From Octopus vulgaris (taxonomy: Eukaryota), in NCBI GenBank assembly GCA_951406725.2, contig OX597834.1, positions 33,108,001 to 33,172,000 of the forward strand: a stretch of DNA of 64,000 bases, read 5' to 3'. The notes below the pieces were generated by a model. The model searched no databases, was not told the DNA's origin, and saw nothing but the letters and a program-made list of their open reading frames with translations. The position numbers and the translations under genes were made by a program. Each line of letters begins with the position of its first letter. Positions within the stretch are counted from its first letter, which is position 1. Below are positions 45,375 to 59,198 of the stretch, piece by piece.

Positions 45375-45418
<44 letters not shown>

Positions 45419-45576
45419 GCGTGTGTGTGTGTTTATGCATGCACATAGATATATCATTATATCTATATTCATACATCTGTAAATGTGCCAGAGTGCGTAT
45501 TTCTGTACATATATGTAGATGTGCATGTACATGTACATGTGTTGGTGTATGTATGTGCGTATATATATGCATATTC

Positions 45577-45644
<68 letters not shown>

Positions 45645-45922
45645 ATATACATATACACACACACACAGCGTATGAAACCAAACTTTAACAGAAAACGATT
45701 TACTTTTTATTTATAATTTTATCAAATTTGTCTCCTTCAAAACCTTTCCTACTCATAAAAGCGTTTACAAGTCCAATTAGGAAACTGTAATTAACAACTC
45801 ATTAATAGGGCTGTAAGATGTTATACACTCCTGAAGTATGTACGCATACATTTGTATATGTATACAAGCATGGATATATACATGTATTTGTGTAGCTCTC
45901 TCTCTTTCTCTTTGTGTGTGTG

Positions 45923-45953
<31 letters not shown>

Positions 45954-46077
45954 GTTTGTGTGTGTGTGCATTGAAAGATATCACATATTTAATGGTGTAC
46001 AAGCATGCACATACATACGAGCGCAGATACATGCACACGCATGTATGCATAAACACAAACACACACTCACACACACA

Positions 46078-46173
<96 letters not shown>

Positions 46174-46269
46174 TGCATGCATACCTACAGGCAGGTATCC
46201 ACGCATAGATGTATAAGTGGACACAGATACATGTATATATCTGCATGCAGAAATCCATCTATCTATCTA

Positions 46270-46337
<68 letters not shown>

Positions 46338-46556
46338 ATGGTAAAGTGGCCAGCAAACATAACCCAATAAGCAAAATATATATCAGAAGTTAGGGTACAA
46401 AATGCACCTGTTTGCTAGAAAGAAGAGTTAAAACTCTCCAAAGTCACAAACTCTCATTATATGTGAGATAATGATAATGTATTTGAATTTTGAATTTATA
46501 TATGTGTGTATACACCAACTGTCTTCGTCTTTTGTTTTTTTTTGTGTGTGAATTCT

Positions 46557-46619
<63 letters not shown>

Positions 46620-46762
46620 TGTATGTATGTATGTATGTATGTATGTACGTACGTACGTACATACATACATACATACATACATACATACATACATACATAC
46701 ATACATACATACATACATACATACATACATACATACATACATACATACATACATACATACAT

Positions 46763-47130
46763 TAGAGGAAGCACTCCGTCGGTTACGACGATGAGGGTTC
46801 CGGTTGATCCGATCAACGGAACAGCCTGCTCGTGAAATTAACGTGTAAGTGGCTGAGCACTCCACAGACACGTGTACCCTTAACGTAGTTCTCGGGGATA
46901 TTCAGCGTGACACAGAGAGTGAAATACAGGTACAGCAGAAACAGGAAGTAAGAGTGAGAGAAAGTTGTGGTGAAAGAGTACAGCAGGGATCACCACCACC
47001 TCCTGCCGGAGCCTCGTGGAGCTTTAGGTGTTTTCGCTCAATAAACACTCACAACGCCCAGTCTGGGAATCGAAACCGCGATCCTACGGCCGCTAGTCCG
47101 CTGCCCTAACCACTGGGCCATTGCGCCTCC
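46763..47130 (-). mobile_element. SINE with family C head/body and family D 3' region
   Basis: 46950-47130 closely matches 2385-2551; 46763-46915 matches the family D tail. Confidence 0.88.
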
Positions 47131-47436
47131 ACCATACATACATACATACATACATACATACATACATACATACATACATACATACATACATACATACATA
47201 CATACATACGCGGCACGATGTTGTTACTAAAACAATTTACAATACCATCCGCAAAAATAAACTTAATAATAAACATAGAAAATCCTTCTGTTATGGAATA
47301 CATTCATAAACACCAACTCAAGGAATACTGTGTAGTCATTCGCAAGCGAATATGGTTTGGTTATATGTACCGTGCTTTCGACAATTATTTAAGGCGCCTG
47401 CACAATCGCGAGCAGACAGATACCTATTTCTTTATT

Positions 47437-47912
47437 CATCATCATTGTTCGACCGTGGTCGAGACAATGGAATTTACCATGCTACGCCAGACTTCACGGT
47501 CCATCATGGCATTACGGAGGTCCTGTTGCTGGATGCCTGTATCCCTGGAGATTACATCAGGGTAGGAGAGTGTGCGCCCTCTGGTATTGCGAGTAGATGG
47601 CTTCCAGAGGAGAAGAGTAGAAATTACTTTTCTTTCAGCTCTACAACAATGTCCAGCAAACTGGACTCTCCTACCTTTCACAAGAGATGACACAGGTGGT
47701 AGTTTCCCATATATTTGCATTTTGGTTGGATGGCGCTTCCACGAGAGATTTTGAGCTCTCATAAGGAGGCGAGTGTAGGTTCCATCCAACCGCCTCTCAA
47801 GCTTCTTTGATAACGTCCATATAGTAGAATTGGTTCGACTGTGGCTTTGAAGATTTCAAGTTTGAAGTCTCTACTTAGATTTGATGACCAGATCTTATGC
47901 ATGTCATTACCC
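47437..47912 (-). mobile_element. RTE-clade LINE 3' end, nested in a SINE B tail
   Basis: KATVEPILLYG...DGTYTRLLMRAQNLSWKRH...RRVQFAGHCCR...AMMDREVWR; (TGA)n tail; 11-bp TSD ATTTCTTTATT at 47426-47436 and 47913-47923. Confidence 0.88.
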
Positions 47913-48051
47913 ATTTCTTTATTACCCACAAGGGGCTAAACACAGAGGGGACAAACAAGGACAGACAAACGGATTAAGTCGATTATATCGACCCCACTGC
48001 GTAACTGGTACTTAATTTATCGACCCCGAAAGGATGAAAGGCAAAGTCGAC
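47913..48051 (-). mobile_element. SINE B, 5'-truncated
   Basis: Matches the array unit; AGATACC at 47418-47424 and 48054-48060 may be its TSD. Confidence 0.85.
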
Positions 48052-48177
48052 ATAGATACCGTCTTGGGGATCCCCTCACTTCTGGCCCACGGGAACATCG
48101 AGGATGTGATGGCTGATGATGATGATGATGATGATGATGATCGTGATGATGAAGATGATGATGACGATGACGATGAC

Positions 48178-48209
<32 letters not shown>

Positions 48210-48572
48210 CGATCGTGTTGATGATCGTGATGATGATGGTGATGACTAAAACTACGACCAAAACCACAATGATGATGATAAATAGGGGAAGGAGGAAGAG
48301 GAGGAGGAGGAGGAAGTGTATTGGTGTGGTGGTATTAGTGATGATAGTAACTATTCTTGCCACAGCTGCTGCTGCTGCTGCTGTTATAGGAAACTATAAA
48401 GCACCGCCACCACCATGACCATCACCACCACCACCATTACAACAACAACAAGCTACGCAGACGACCATAAAAGAAGATCCTTATTGTTAAAGTAGGGCAT
48501 TAAAAGCTAAACTGACTTCAAATGTAATCATTTGATATATTTACGGCGTGCGACGTAATAAACACCCACACA

Positions 48573-48620
<48 letters not shown>

Positions 48621-48776
48621 ACCCCCACCCACCCACACCCACCCACACACCCACACACACACACACATAGATCTTCAGAGATACGTACTTACATAGACAG
48701 ACAAACACACATACGTACACATGCATAAATACATATATATATATATATATGCATACACACAAATACACATACGTAC

Positions 48777-48826
<50 letters not shown>

Positions 48827-48848
48827 GTGTGTATATATATATATATAC

Positions 48849-49029
<181 letters not shown>

Positions 49030-49030
49030 C

Positions 49031-49323
<293 letters not shown>

Positions 49324-49626
49324 TACAGAGACAAAGAGATGCATACACAGATAATCATTGGCACACTCACACATACACATACATGCATGCACATACGCAC
49401 ATACACATACATGCATGCACATACGCACATACACATATATGCATGCACATACGCACATACACACACATACACACTCACACATAGAGGTATGTGCAATGAT
49501 ACACAGGGACATCTACACACAGGGCCAAATACACAATGACAGACCGACAATGGCAAACTGGCACACAGGAAGCACACACACACACACACATTGACACACA
49601 GACACACACACACATGTACAAACATT

Positions 49627-49665
<39 letters not shown>

Positions 49666-49669
49666 CCTC

Positions 49670-49850
49670 TCTGTTCTTTTACTCTTTTATTTGTTTCAGT
49701 CATTTGACTGCGGCCATGCTACAGCACCGCCTTTCGGTCGAACAAATAAGCCTCACGACTTGTTATCTATAAGCCTAGTGCTTATACTATAGGTCTAATT
49801 TGCCGAACCGCTAAGATACGGGGACGTAAACACACCAACATCCGTTGTCG
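49670..49850 (-). mobile_element. SINE family A 3' half
   Basis: TTTTACTCTTTTATTTGTTTCAGTCATTTGACTGCGGCCATGC. Confidence 0.85.
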
Positions 49851-49854
49851 CCTA

Positions 49855-50305
49855 AGGAGATCGATAAAATAACTTAGCGGTTCGCCAAACGGATTTGATA
49901 GAATAAACTAGCGGTTCGCCAACGAAGATCGATAAAATAACTTAGCAGTTTGCCAAACGTGTTCATTAAAATATCTTAGCGTTTCGCCAATGGTTATCGA
50001 TAAAATAACTTAGCGTTTCGCCAAATGAGATCGATAAAATAACCTAGCGGTTCGCCAAAGGAGATCAATAAAATAATTAAGCAGTTCGCCAAAGAAGATC
50101 GATAAAGTAATTTAGAGGTTCGCCAAAAGGGTTCGATAGAATAATCTAGCGGTTCGCCAAAGGAGATCAATAAAATAACTTAGCTTTTCGTCAAAGGAAA
50201 TCGATAGAATAACTTAGCGGTTCGCCAAACGAGATCGATAAAATAACCCTAGCGGATCCCCAAACGAAATCGATAAAATAACTTAGCGGTTCGCCAATAG
50301 ATATT
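49855..50305 (+). repeat. ~34-bp minisatellite (~13 copies) derived from SINE A
   Basis: Unit GATCGATAAAATAACTTAGCGGTTCGCCAAAGGA; compare SINE A AACTTAGCGGTTCGGCAAAAGAGACCGATAGAATAA. Confidence 0.85.
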
Positions 50306-50311
50306 GATATA

Positions 50312-51068
<757 letters not shown>

Positions 51069-51115
51069 AGTCAATCCCTGTCTGTTCAGTGTAAACCAGA
51101 AACTAATATTGAGAG

Positions 51116-51469
51116 TCTGTTGTGTCTGGGGAGAGTCATTTTCTTTTTGTGCCTTATAATGTAACACACTCACCGGTAAAATGTCCACTTATTCATTTTT
51201 ATTTTCCTAAAATTTTTGTTGCGTCTTGCAACCTTTTTCAATAGTCTTGACTCTCTCAAGACTATTGAAAAGGTTGCAAGACCCAACGAAAGTTTTAGGA
51301 AAATAAAAATATGCAACCTTTTCAATAGTCTTGACTCTCTCAAGACTATTGAAAAGGTTGCAAGACGCAACGAAAATTTTAGGAAAATAAAAATAAGTGG
51401 ACATTTTACCGCTGAGTGTGTTACATTGTAAGGCACAAAAAGAAAATTACTCTCCCCAGACACAACAGA
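51116..51469. mobile_element. Fold-back element with 84-bp internal duplication and three hammerhead-like motifs
   Basis: 51116-51250 is inverted to ~51340-51469; CTA-TTGAAAA-G-GTTGC-aagac-GCAAC-GAAAATTT-TAG at 51346-51382, with variants at 51262-51298 (+) and 51207-51244 (-). Confidence 0.8.
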
Positions 51470-52150
51470 ATATGCTTCAACACACGAACTCACATAAAGA
51501 ATCTTGCAAACCAAATCCCAAAACGAAATATCGAGAGTATTTACTTAAAAGCACACTACATAGACTGAACGTGTTCGTTCTTCCGTTTTCCTCCTTTTCT
51601 CCTACCTTCACAAGATTAGCGTCTATTCCCATTCCTAATCCGCTAAATCGGTTTTCCGCTCTTTTAACTGTTACTAATTTCACTGAATCCTCTGTCAGAA
51701 ATCCAATTATCTATGACCCTATCATTGTTACATTCGTATCTGTCTTCGTAACTAGAAGTTGATTCATTGAAGCAGACGACAGAAGAAAGACATTCATATA
51801 GATCACTGCCAACCACGTCAGTTAGTTATTTAACACTTTAATTCTCTACACATCAGACTTATAAAACGACGATGATAATAAATCTATGCTCTGTTGTTAC
51901 TTTGTAACCTTCGAAGAAATGTTTTATCTTTTTCTTTTTATTCTGCCACCTCCGAAACAATCTCTCGACACCGCTATGCCACTATGATTAGTTGCTTTAG
52001 TAACGACCGTCCATCAAACATTGCTGGAAATGGCTAAGTCTAGAAACTATGCCGGCCGCCATTTGTCCTTCTTGTGAAAACAGTAAACGCTTTCAATCTT
52101 TCAATCGATATATGCTTGTGTGTACGTGTGCGTGTATTGCGTGCATGCGC

Positions 52151-52189
<39 letters not shown>

Positions 52190-52901
52190 TGTGTGTGTGT
52201 GTGCGTGATGCAGTTTCTAGAGCAAACGGTTTTTATGAATAATTGTTCGCGTATCAAATGATGGAAAATAAAAACAAGACAAGCCGGAAATATTATTTTC
52301 CCTTCTGAGTCATAACTCATTGCTCGTTCGTGTCCATCGAATGAAAGTAAATAGCGAAAAACTAAAAAGGTTTACTATTTCTTGACAGAATCTATAAAGT
52401 TCAGTGAAAAATAGAGAAACTGTGTGCCAGATATAATTTGTTTAACAATGTAGCTTCCATTTATCTGAAAACAAACCAGAAACGTGTGAGTAGGATGATG
52501 TTAAAATGTCCAACGTGAACATTATTTAAAAGTGTGTGAGAGTTGAGTAAGATTGTGTCGAGGTATCAGTGAGAATGTGCTCTTGTGGATTTCTGGATTG
52601 TTTGAGAGAATTGGGGGAAAAAAAAAGGCTGCGACAGAATTAATTAAAATAACCCTTCTAGGCATCGCTGTTTTGTCTAGATTGGAGAAACTTATACTAT
52701 CCTAATCAAAATGTATTCCCTAGATATTAGTGAAGAAAGACACCAAGGAAATAGCTGTTGCCTCTAAAACCAGCTCAAAGTATCTGTGATTGACAAAGAC
52801 TGCAGATAGAACCCTTCTGCAGACGAAGGCTAATTCAGTTCTCGCTACCACTCAAGCGAGTACTGAATAGGCGAATGCTTGGAATTCTGGAAGATATGGA
52901 A

Positions 52902-53192
52902 GGATTTTGGCTTTTAGCTGATGAAATCTTTTCTTCAAGAGCCCCTATACATTTCTCGTTTAGAATCTAATCTCCGTGGCAAGATTTCAATGTTTTCAGC
53001 CTCAGGCCATCTCATCATTGATTTAACTCTAAACCCGGAAGCCTTGTTCGCTGGTTGAATGACGTAAATCTTTGTTAAAAATATTTAGTATTTCTCTAGC
53101 TGTTTCTATGCTCTTCAAATGCTTTCATGTGCTTTCTTGAAAGAACAATGTGGTATTTCATAGTTTATTGTATTTTCGGTTAAGGCCATCCG
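52902..53192. repeat. Left arm of ~290-bp inverted duplication
   Basis: Reverse complement of 55862-56158 with few differences. Confidence 0.92.
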
Positions 53193-54103
53193 CTCGACCG
53201 CCGTTGGCACGGAACCCTACTCCACTTCGGTCTGACTAGCTTGCAGATGCAGTCGGGAAGCGAAGATAATTTGGAAGCTGGCTATGCAATAAAGTCTTGT
53301 GTTAAATGGACAAAAACACTACAGAAACTTATGAGATGCTCCAGACTGGACATCTGTTTTTCACTGGCAAAAGAGGTTCAAGAACGGTAAAGAGGAGATG
53401 AGAAACCTTGAAAGGCGTGGGGGCGGCAGGGACGGCAGGACATCAGAGCTGGTGGAGGAAATTTGCAATTTTCTGGCTGAAGACTGTTGTGTGTCTATAA
53501 AGACATTAAAAATTCAGTGCGGAGCTGGTGTGGAAATTGTGCACAGAATTGTTCATGAAGATCTGAACCCACGCAAAATGTGTGCATAATTTGTTCCCAT
53601 GATACTCAGTAACGAACAGAAGGAAAGGCGCGTTGGTGAGAGCAAGAAGATAGTTGAGCTGATTACCTCCAGTGCAAGAGTGCTTGAGTCTCTGGTGACA
53701 AGTGACGAAAGCTGGATTTACTGTTATGATCCAGAGACCAAGAGACAGACTGCCCAATGTGAGTATTCTGGCTCTCCATGACTCAATAAAACCAAGCAAA
53801 GCAAGTCCAGCGGGAAACTCACGATGGCCCCCTTATGGATGTAAATGATGTCCAGCAAGGGCATCATTTACATCTACTGGGTTCCCTCTGGCCAGACGGT
53901 CAACAAAGAGAACTCTGTTGAGGTTTTTAGAGAGCTGAGGAAGAGATTTCATAGTAAAAGGCCAGAGCTCTTCCGGTTGGTAGCACCTCCACCAGCCCAA
54001 TGCCCCGGTCCGCAGTTCCATCCTGGTAACCAACTACTCGACTGAGATGGGCATCAAAACTATCCCTCATCCTCCCCACAATCCAAACTTTGCTCCCTGT
54101 GAC
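53193..54103 (+). mobile_element. mariner transposase pseudogene
   Basis: HRIVHEDL...RKMCA*FVPMILSNEQKERRV...VTSDESWIYCYDPETKRQ...GQTVNKE...HPPHNPNFAPCD; stops and frameshifts. Confidence 0.9.
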
Positions 54104-54744
54104 GCTCGCGCGCGCGTGTGTACGAGCACGCGCATTCACACATAAGTATATACAGAGATAATAATGATGATGCTCATGATGGTGATGATGATGATGACGA
54201 CGATGACGACGATGTCAACGACGACGATGACACCGATGATGATGATGATTATGATGACGACAACGACGAGGATGATACCGAATGACAGTAATGAAAGACC
54301 AACGCTCAATAACAAATGTTTAAAAATATAGTTTATAAAATCTGATCACCTCCTTAAGAATTACGTTAAGAATACATGTGTCTCTGGAATACTCAACCAT
54401 TTCACGCACCAGTTCAAAGGGTAAATCGTTCAGTTGATCGAAGCAATCGAATGCTCATCGTCGAAATCGAAGGAGGATCCATTCGTTCATTCACTGTGTT
54501 ATTTTTTAACAGCGTGTGTAGCTTACAATGTGTTTGTAGGACGTAGTGTGAAGGAAAGTTAAAATTTGGACAGAATTTCAGCAATATTTGCATGGAGGAG
54601 AGAAGAATTGTCTAACGATTTTTTTTTCTTGAAGCCATAATCTGTTGTGTGGGGATGGTTTGCTGCTAAGCAGTAGAACGATCTCCTCATGTAACCGAGT
54701 TAGAAGTTTGCAGCAGTAACATCAGATTGGCCTCTCGAAATACG

Positions 54745-55152
54745 CTCTTTACTCTTTTACTCTTTTACTTGTTTCAGTCATTTGACTGCGGCCATGCTGG
54801 AGCACCGCCTTTAGTCGAGCAAATCGACCCCGGGACTCATTCTTTGTAAGCCCAGTACTTATTCTATCGGTCTCTTTTGCCGAACCGCTAAGTAACGGGG
54901 ACGTAAACACACCAGCATCGGTTGTAGAGCAATGCTAGGGGGACAAACACCGACACACAAACACACATATACATATATATACATATATACGACAGGCTTC
55001 TTTCAGTTTCCGTCTACCAAATCCACTCACAAGGCATTGGTCGGCCCGGGGCTATAGCAGAAGACACTTGCCCAAGGTGCCACGCAGTGGAACTGAACCC
55101 GGAACCATGTGGTTGGTTAGCAAGCTACTTACCACACAGCTACTCCTGCGCC
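54745..55152 (-). mobile_element. SINE family A, full length, young
   Basis: (CTCTTTTA)3 tail; head reverse complement GGCGCAGGAGTAGCTGTGTGGTAAG. Confidence 0.93.
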
Positions 55153-55159
55153 CATACTG

Positions 55160-55670
55160 TGCTTATTGGAAATAGACACTAGTCACAAACAAGAGTATGA
55201 CAATGTTACTAGGTTATGTTATTGGGATATTACTCGTCATTTCGGATACTTGTACTATCTGATGACAGGTTTTTACTTTTCGAATTATTATGCTTCCTAT
55301 GAATAGACACCTGTGACAAACTAGAGTAAGGTGATGCTAGAATGTTACGCCCTTGGGATATCATATGTGATTTCGGGTCCATGTACTTTCTGGGGCTGGT
55401 ATCTACTTAATCTTCGAAGTATTCGGCTTCCCGAGAGTAGACACGGATGGCAAACTAGAGGAGGAGGTTGTCCCTAGATTATGCTCTTGTGATATTACAC
55501 ATGATTTCGGATCCTTGTTCTATCTAGGGGTGGGTAGTTTCTAGTTTCTCCTGGAAATATTCTGCTTCCTAACAATAGACACCAGGAATAAACTAGAGTA
55601 AGACAATATTACTGGTGCGTTGTTAGTGATTTCAGGTACTTGCACTATCTGGTGGCTGGTCTCTACTGAC
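55160..55670. repeat. Degenerate tandem repeat, ~131-138-bp unit, ~4 copies
   Basis: Anchor TAGACAC...AAACTAGAG...GATTTC.G...TACTATCTG recurs near 55171, 55302, 55436, 55574. Confidence 0.75.
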
Positions 55671-55861
55671 TAAAATTGTTCAACGATACTAAGATACAAT
55701 GTTTTTTGGCGGGAAAGGGTTCTTTACGCAGACAGATTTTGATTTTAATTTTTTAAGATTTTGGTCCACGTGCCTTAAAGCCTTAAAAAAAGAAAAAACT
55801 CAGAAGATAGCCAATAAACAAAGACTGAAGTTTGTTTTGAGAAGGGGAAATAATATCTTAT

Positions 55862-56158
55862 GCGGATGGCCTTAACTGAAAACACAATAAACTATGAAAT
55901 ACCACATTGTTCTTTCAAGAAAGCACATGAAAGCATTTGAAGAAGAACATAGAAACAGCTAGAGAAATACTAAATATTTTTAACAAAGATTTACGTCATT
56001 CAACCAGCTAACAAGGCTTCCGGGTTTAGAGTTAAATCATTGATGAGATGGCCTGAGGCTGAAAACATTGAGATCTTGCCACGGAGATCAGATTCTAAAC
56101 GAGAAATGTATAGGGGCTCTTGAAGAAAAGATTTCATCAGCTAAAAGCCAAAATCCTT
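55862..56158. repeat. Right arm of ~290-bp inverted duplication
   Basis: Reverse complement of 52902-53192. Confidence 0.92.
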
Positions 56159-56569
56159 GGAAATTAAAAATTTATATTTAATACAGAATGGAACCAACTT
56201 CTTTTTATAAGGAAACAAAACGAAGAAACAATGAGATTTGCTAATTACCTTCATTGAAGAATCTGTGCCAAGAAGACAACAGGATCGGATATGTTGTTTT
56301 AACGATGACATCACAACTTCTCTGAGATTCCTTTTCAAATATTCCTTGGAAACTGTCATGTTTCCTTCTTACACTTTCTTTTCCAAGTGAAATATATTTC
56401 AAATGATTTTTGTTCTATTTATATATTTTATTTCAAAAACTGAAGGCTAACCTACATTATCTTCCATCATCCTTCATGGCTTTTGGTCAGTTTCTTGGAG
56501 AAGGGGCTGGCTTGTGGTTGAGGACAGAAAAGGAGATGGGGGTATAAAAATTTTATTGCAAAAAGATAG

Positions 56570-56726
56570 GTAGGGGTGCGACGAAAAGAGTTTGCTTCCG
56601 AACCACGCGGTTTCGGATTCAGTACCACTGCGCGGCACCTTGGACAAGTGTCCTCTACTCTACCCAACGACCCAACCAATGCCTTATGAGTGGATTTGGT
56701 TGATGGAAATGGTATGAAAGCTTGTC

Positions 56727-56730
<4 letters not shown>
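56570..56730 (+). mobile_element. SINE family A 5' half
   Basis: GGTTTCGGATTCAGTACCACTGCGCGGCACCTTGGACAAGTGTC. Confidence 0.75.
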
Positions 56731-56773
<43 letters not shown>

Positions 56774-57270
56774 ATATATACGACGGGCTTCCACACATAT
56801 ATATATACATATATGCATGTATGTGTGTGTATATCAATATGTATATATTTATGTATATGTGTATATATCTATACTATAATGGAGGAAGCTGCTCATTAAT
56901 TAGGTATGTAACAATTACTAAAAGTACTAAGAGAAAGCAATTATTAAAGGGTTGACCATCTGGAAATATTTTTGGAAATTCATGTTCTAAGAAATTTCCT
57001 ATAATTTCAATTTCTCAAGTTTATTAAATTTTTTAAGCTCCAATTTCTCGCAAATTTAAATATTCACTGCGTCCAATTCATCACAAATTTAAATATTCAT
57101 TGCATTCACTGCGGAGTATTCCATTTTCATTTTCAAAGTCTCTCATTTTCTCCTTTTAAGTTTCATTTCGCTATTAATGTATACGTAATGTAAAAAAAAA
57201 TATTATTTATTGAATGAATTTTTTTTAAATACTCGTATAATTTTTGAACGCGGGGTAGCTGTGAGAAGAG

Positions 57271-57315
<45 letters not shown>

Positions 57316-57846
57316 CCTCTCTCTCTCTCTCTCCCTCTTTGCTAGCTACGACGAAATCGTTTAAAGACCTCGCTACCTAAATTTCTTTCTTCTTCTTAGG
57401 CTGCTCGCATAATTTACACCTGCGCTAACTCATATATAATAACTGCACCAATATATCTTATGTATATATGGGCACACTGCACATAACTGCTTCTAATGAA
57501 CACCTCACCCCTGAAACAGCTGGAAAGAACTATCTGTTCTTTCCACTCGTTCACTTGCGAAGTTTTGACTAGTGATTCCCAGGATTTTACCTACTTATCT
57601 AGATTGAATCAGCTCAAAACACTGCACAAATTCTTTTTTTATCTGGTTAACGACATTACAGTAAGAATCTCTTAGATTTGTACCTGTCTACGAAGAATCG
57701 CTACGAAATTTCTCTTTCTGATTTTCTTCGTTTTTTCTGCTAAATTTATATATTTTTGTACTCCATAAGATATAAATATCTTATGAATTATCTAATGCTT
57801 TGAAACTACTAATCCATCTTTTATTCTTTCATTCTTTGATATATAT

Positions 57847-57903
<57 letters not shown>

Positions 57904-57927
57904 TACATACAAATATGTATATACATG

Positions 57928-57981
<54 letters not shown>

Positions 57982-58241
57982 CATACATACATACATACAT
58001 ACACATATATATATAGAAATATTAAAATTACTAAGTCTCTCTAAAGGAGATTACGACAGCGTTACTGGATATTAATATTTATCGCCAAACTAATATGGCA
58101 GTCCATAAATATAAGACTAAAGCTGTCGCTGATTAGCTCCAGGAGGCCATCGCCTCTAACTAGCTATATGACACACGAACCTGCGTCCATTACAACCTTC
58201 GAACAGGGGAGGTCAGCCGCTTCACCTTGCTGGTCAGACAT

Positions 58242-58282
58242 CTGCAGACATGTTTCAGGGTTGTTGCCCTTTATCAATGCAG
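58242..58282 (-). ncRNA. Minimal type I hammerhead ribozyme, mirror copy
   Basis: Exact reverse complement of 58412-58452. Confidence 0.72.
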
Positions 58283-58411
58283 CGTAGTCAGACCCAGCAG
58301 GTGTCGCTACAGACCGTCTGTTCGAAGATTTTATTTATGTATTCCACTGTAACTAGGTAAATAAAATCTTCGAACAGACGGTCGTAGCGACACCTGCTGG
58401 GTCTGACTACG

Positions 58412-58452
58412 CTGCATTGATAAAGGGCAACAACCCTGAAACATGTCTGCAG
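58412..58452 (+). ncRNA. Minimal type I hammerhead ribozyme, U3-A8 variant
   Basis: CTGCA-TTGATAA-AGGG-caacaa-CCCT-GAAA-CATG-TC-TGCAG: 5-bp stem I, 4-bp stem II, palindromic loop III, GUC cleavage triplet. Confidence 0.72.
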
Positions 58453-58623
58453 ATGTCTGACCAGCAAGGTGAAGCGGCTGACCTCCCCTGTTCGAAGGTT
58501 GTAATGGACGCAGGTTCGTGTGTCATATAGCTAGCTAGAGGCGATGGCCTCTTGGAGCTAATCAGCCACAGATTTAGTCTTATATTTATGGACTGCCATA
58601 TTAGTTTGGCGATAAATATTAAC

Positions 58624-58659
<36 letters not shown>

Positions 58660-58764
58660 ATGTATCTATGTATGTATGTATGTATATGTGTGTGTGTATA
58701 GTGCTATTCAAAACGAATGAGCCGATTTCATTACGCAATATTTTAATAAGGAAAAGCAATAGAA

Positions 58765-59155
58765 AACCCCACCTAAGTCCCAAGTATTTACTCATAATCA
58801 CCTCTGCCTCGTAGACAACAGCTCTCGGAGTTGCATCGACTACCTACTGGGCATTTACTGTTAACCCTACACGTGCATCCTACATCTGTGTAAGGTTTAG
58901 GGGCGTTCCTTAAAATCCTTTTTAACACTGGGTGCACAGTGATGGTCCGTTAAGTAATCGTCCGTTCCTTTCCATAAAATGTTTGTCCATTAATCTATGA
59001 AAGATCCTTCCCAGGTTTTGAAAGGTGGCGCAGACCCATTGATCTTATGTGTGCGTGTGCGTGTATGTGTGTCTTTGTATGTATGTGTGTTTGTGCGTGT
59101 GTGTGTTTGTGCGTGTGTGTGTGTGTGAGTGTGTGAATATGTGTGTGTGTGTTTG

Positions 59156-59198
<43 letters not shown>

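Larger units (their letters stand above)
58072..58622. repeat. ~550-bp palindrome (~266-bp arms, 20-bp spacer) carrying one hammerhead on each strand
   Basis: Arms 58072-58337 and 58358-58622 with ~5 differences; spacer TGTATTCCACTGTAACTAGG. Confidence 0.95.

Noticed and set aside
49855-50305. CRISPR-sized 34-bp repeats
   Set aside because: Head-to-tail with no spacers; SINE-derived; eukaryotic context
57490-57530. CTAATGA...GAAACAGCTGGA hammerhead-like remnant
   Set aside because: Core G5 and the UH site are mutated and stem II is absent
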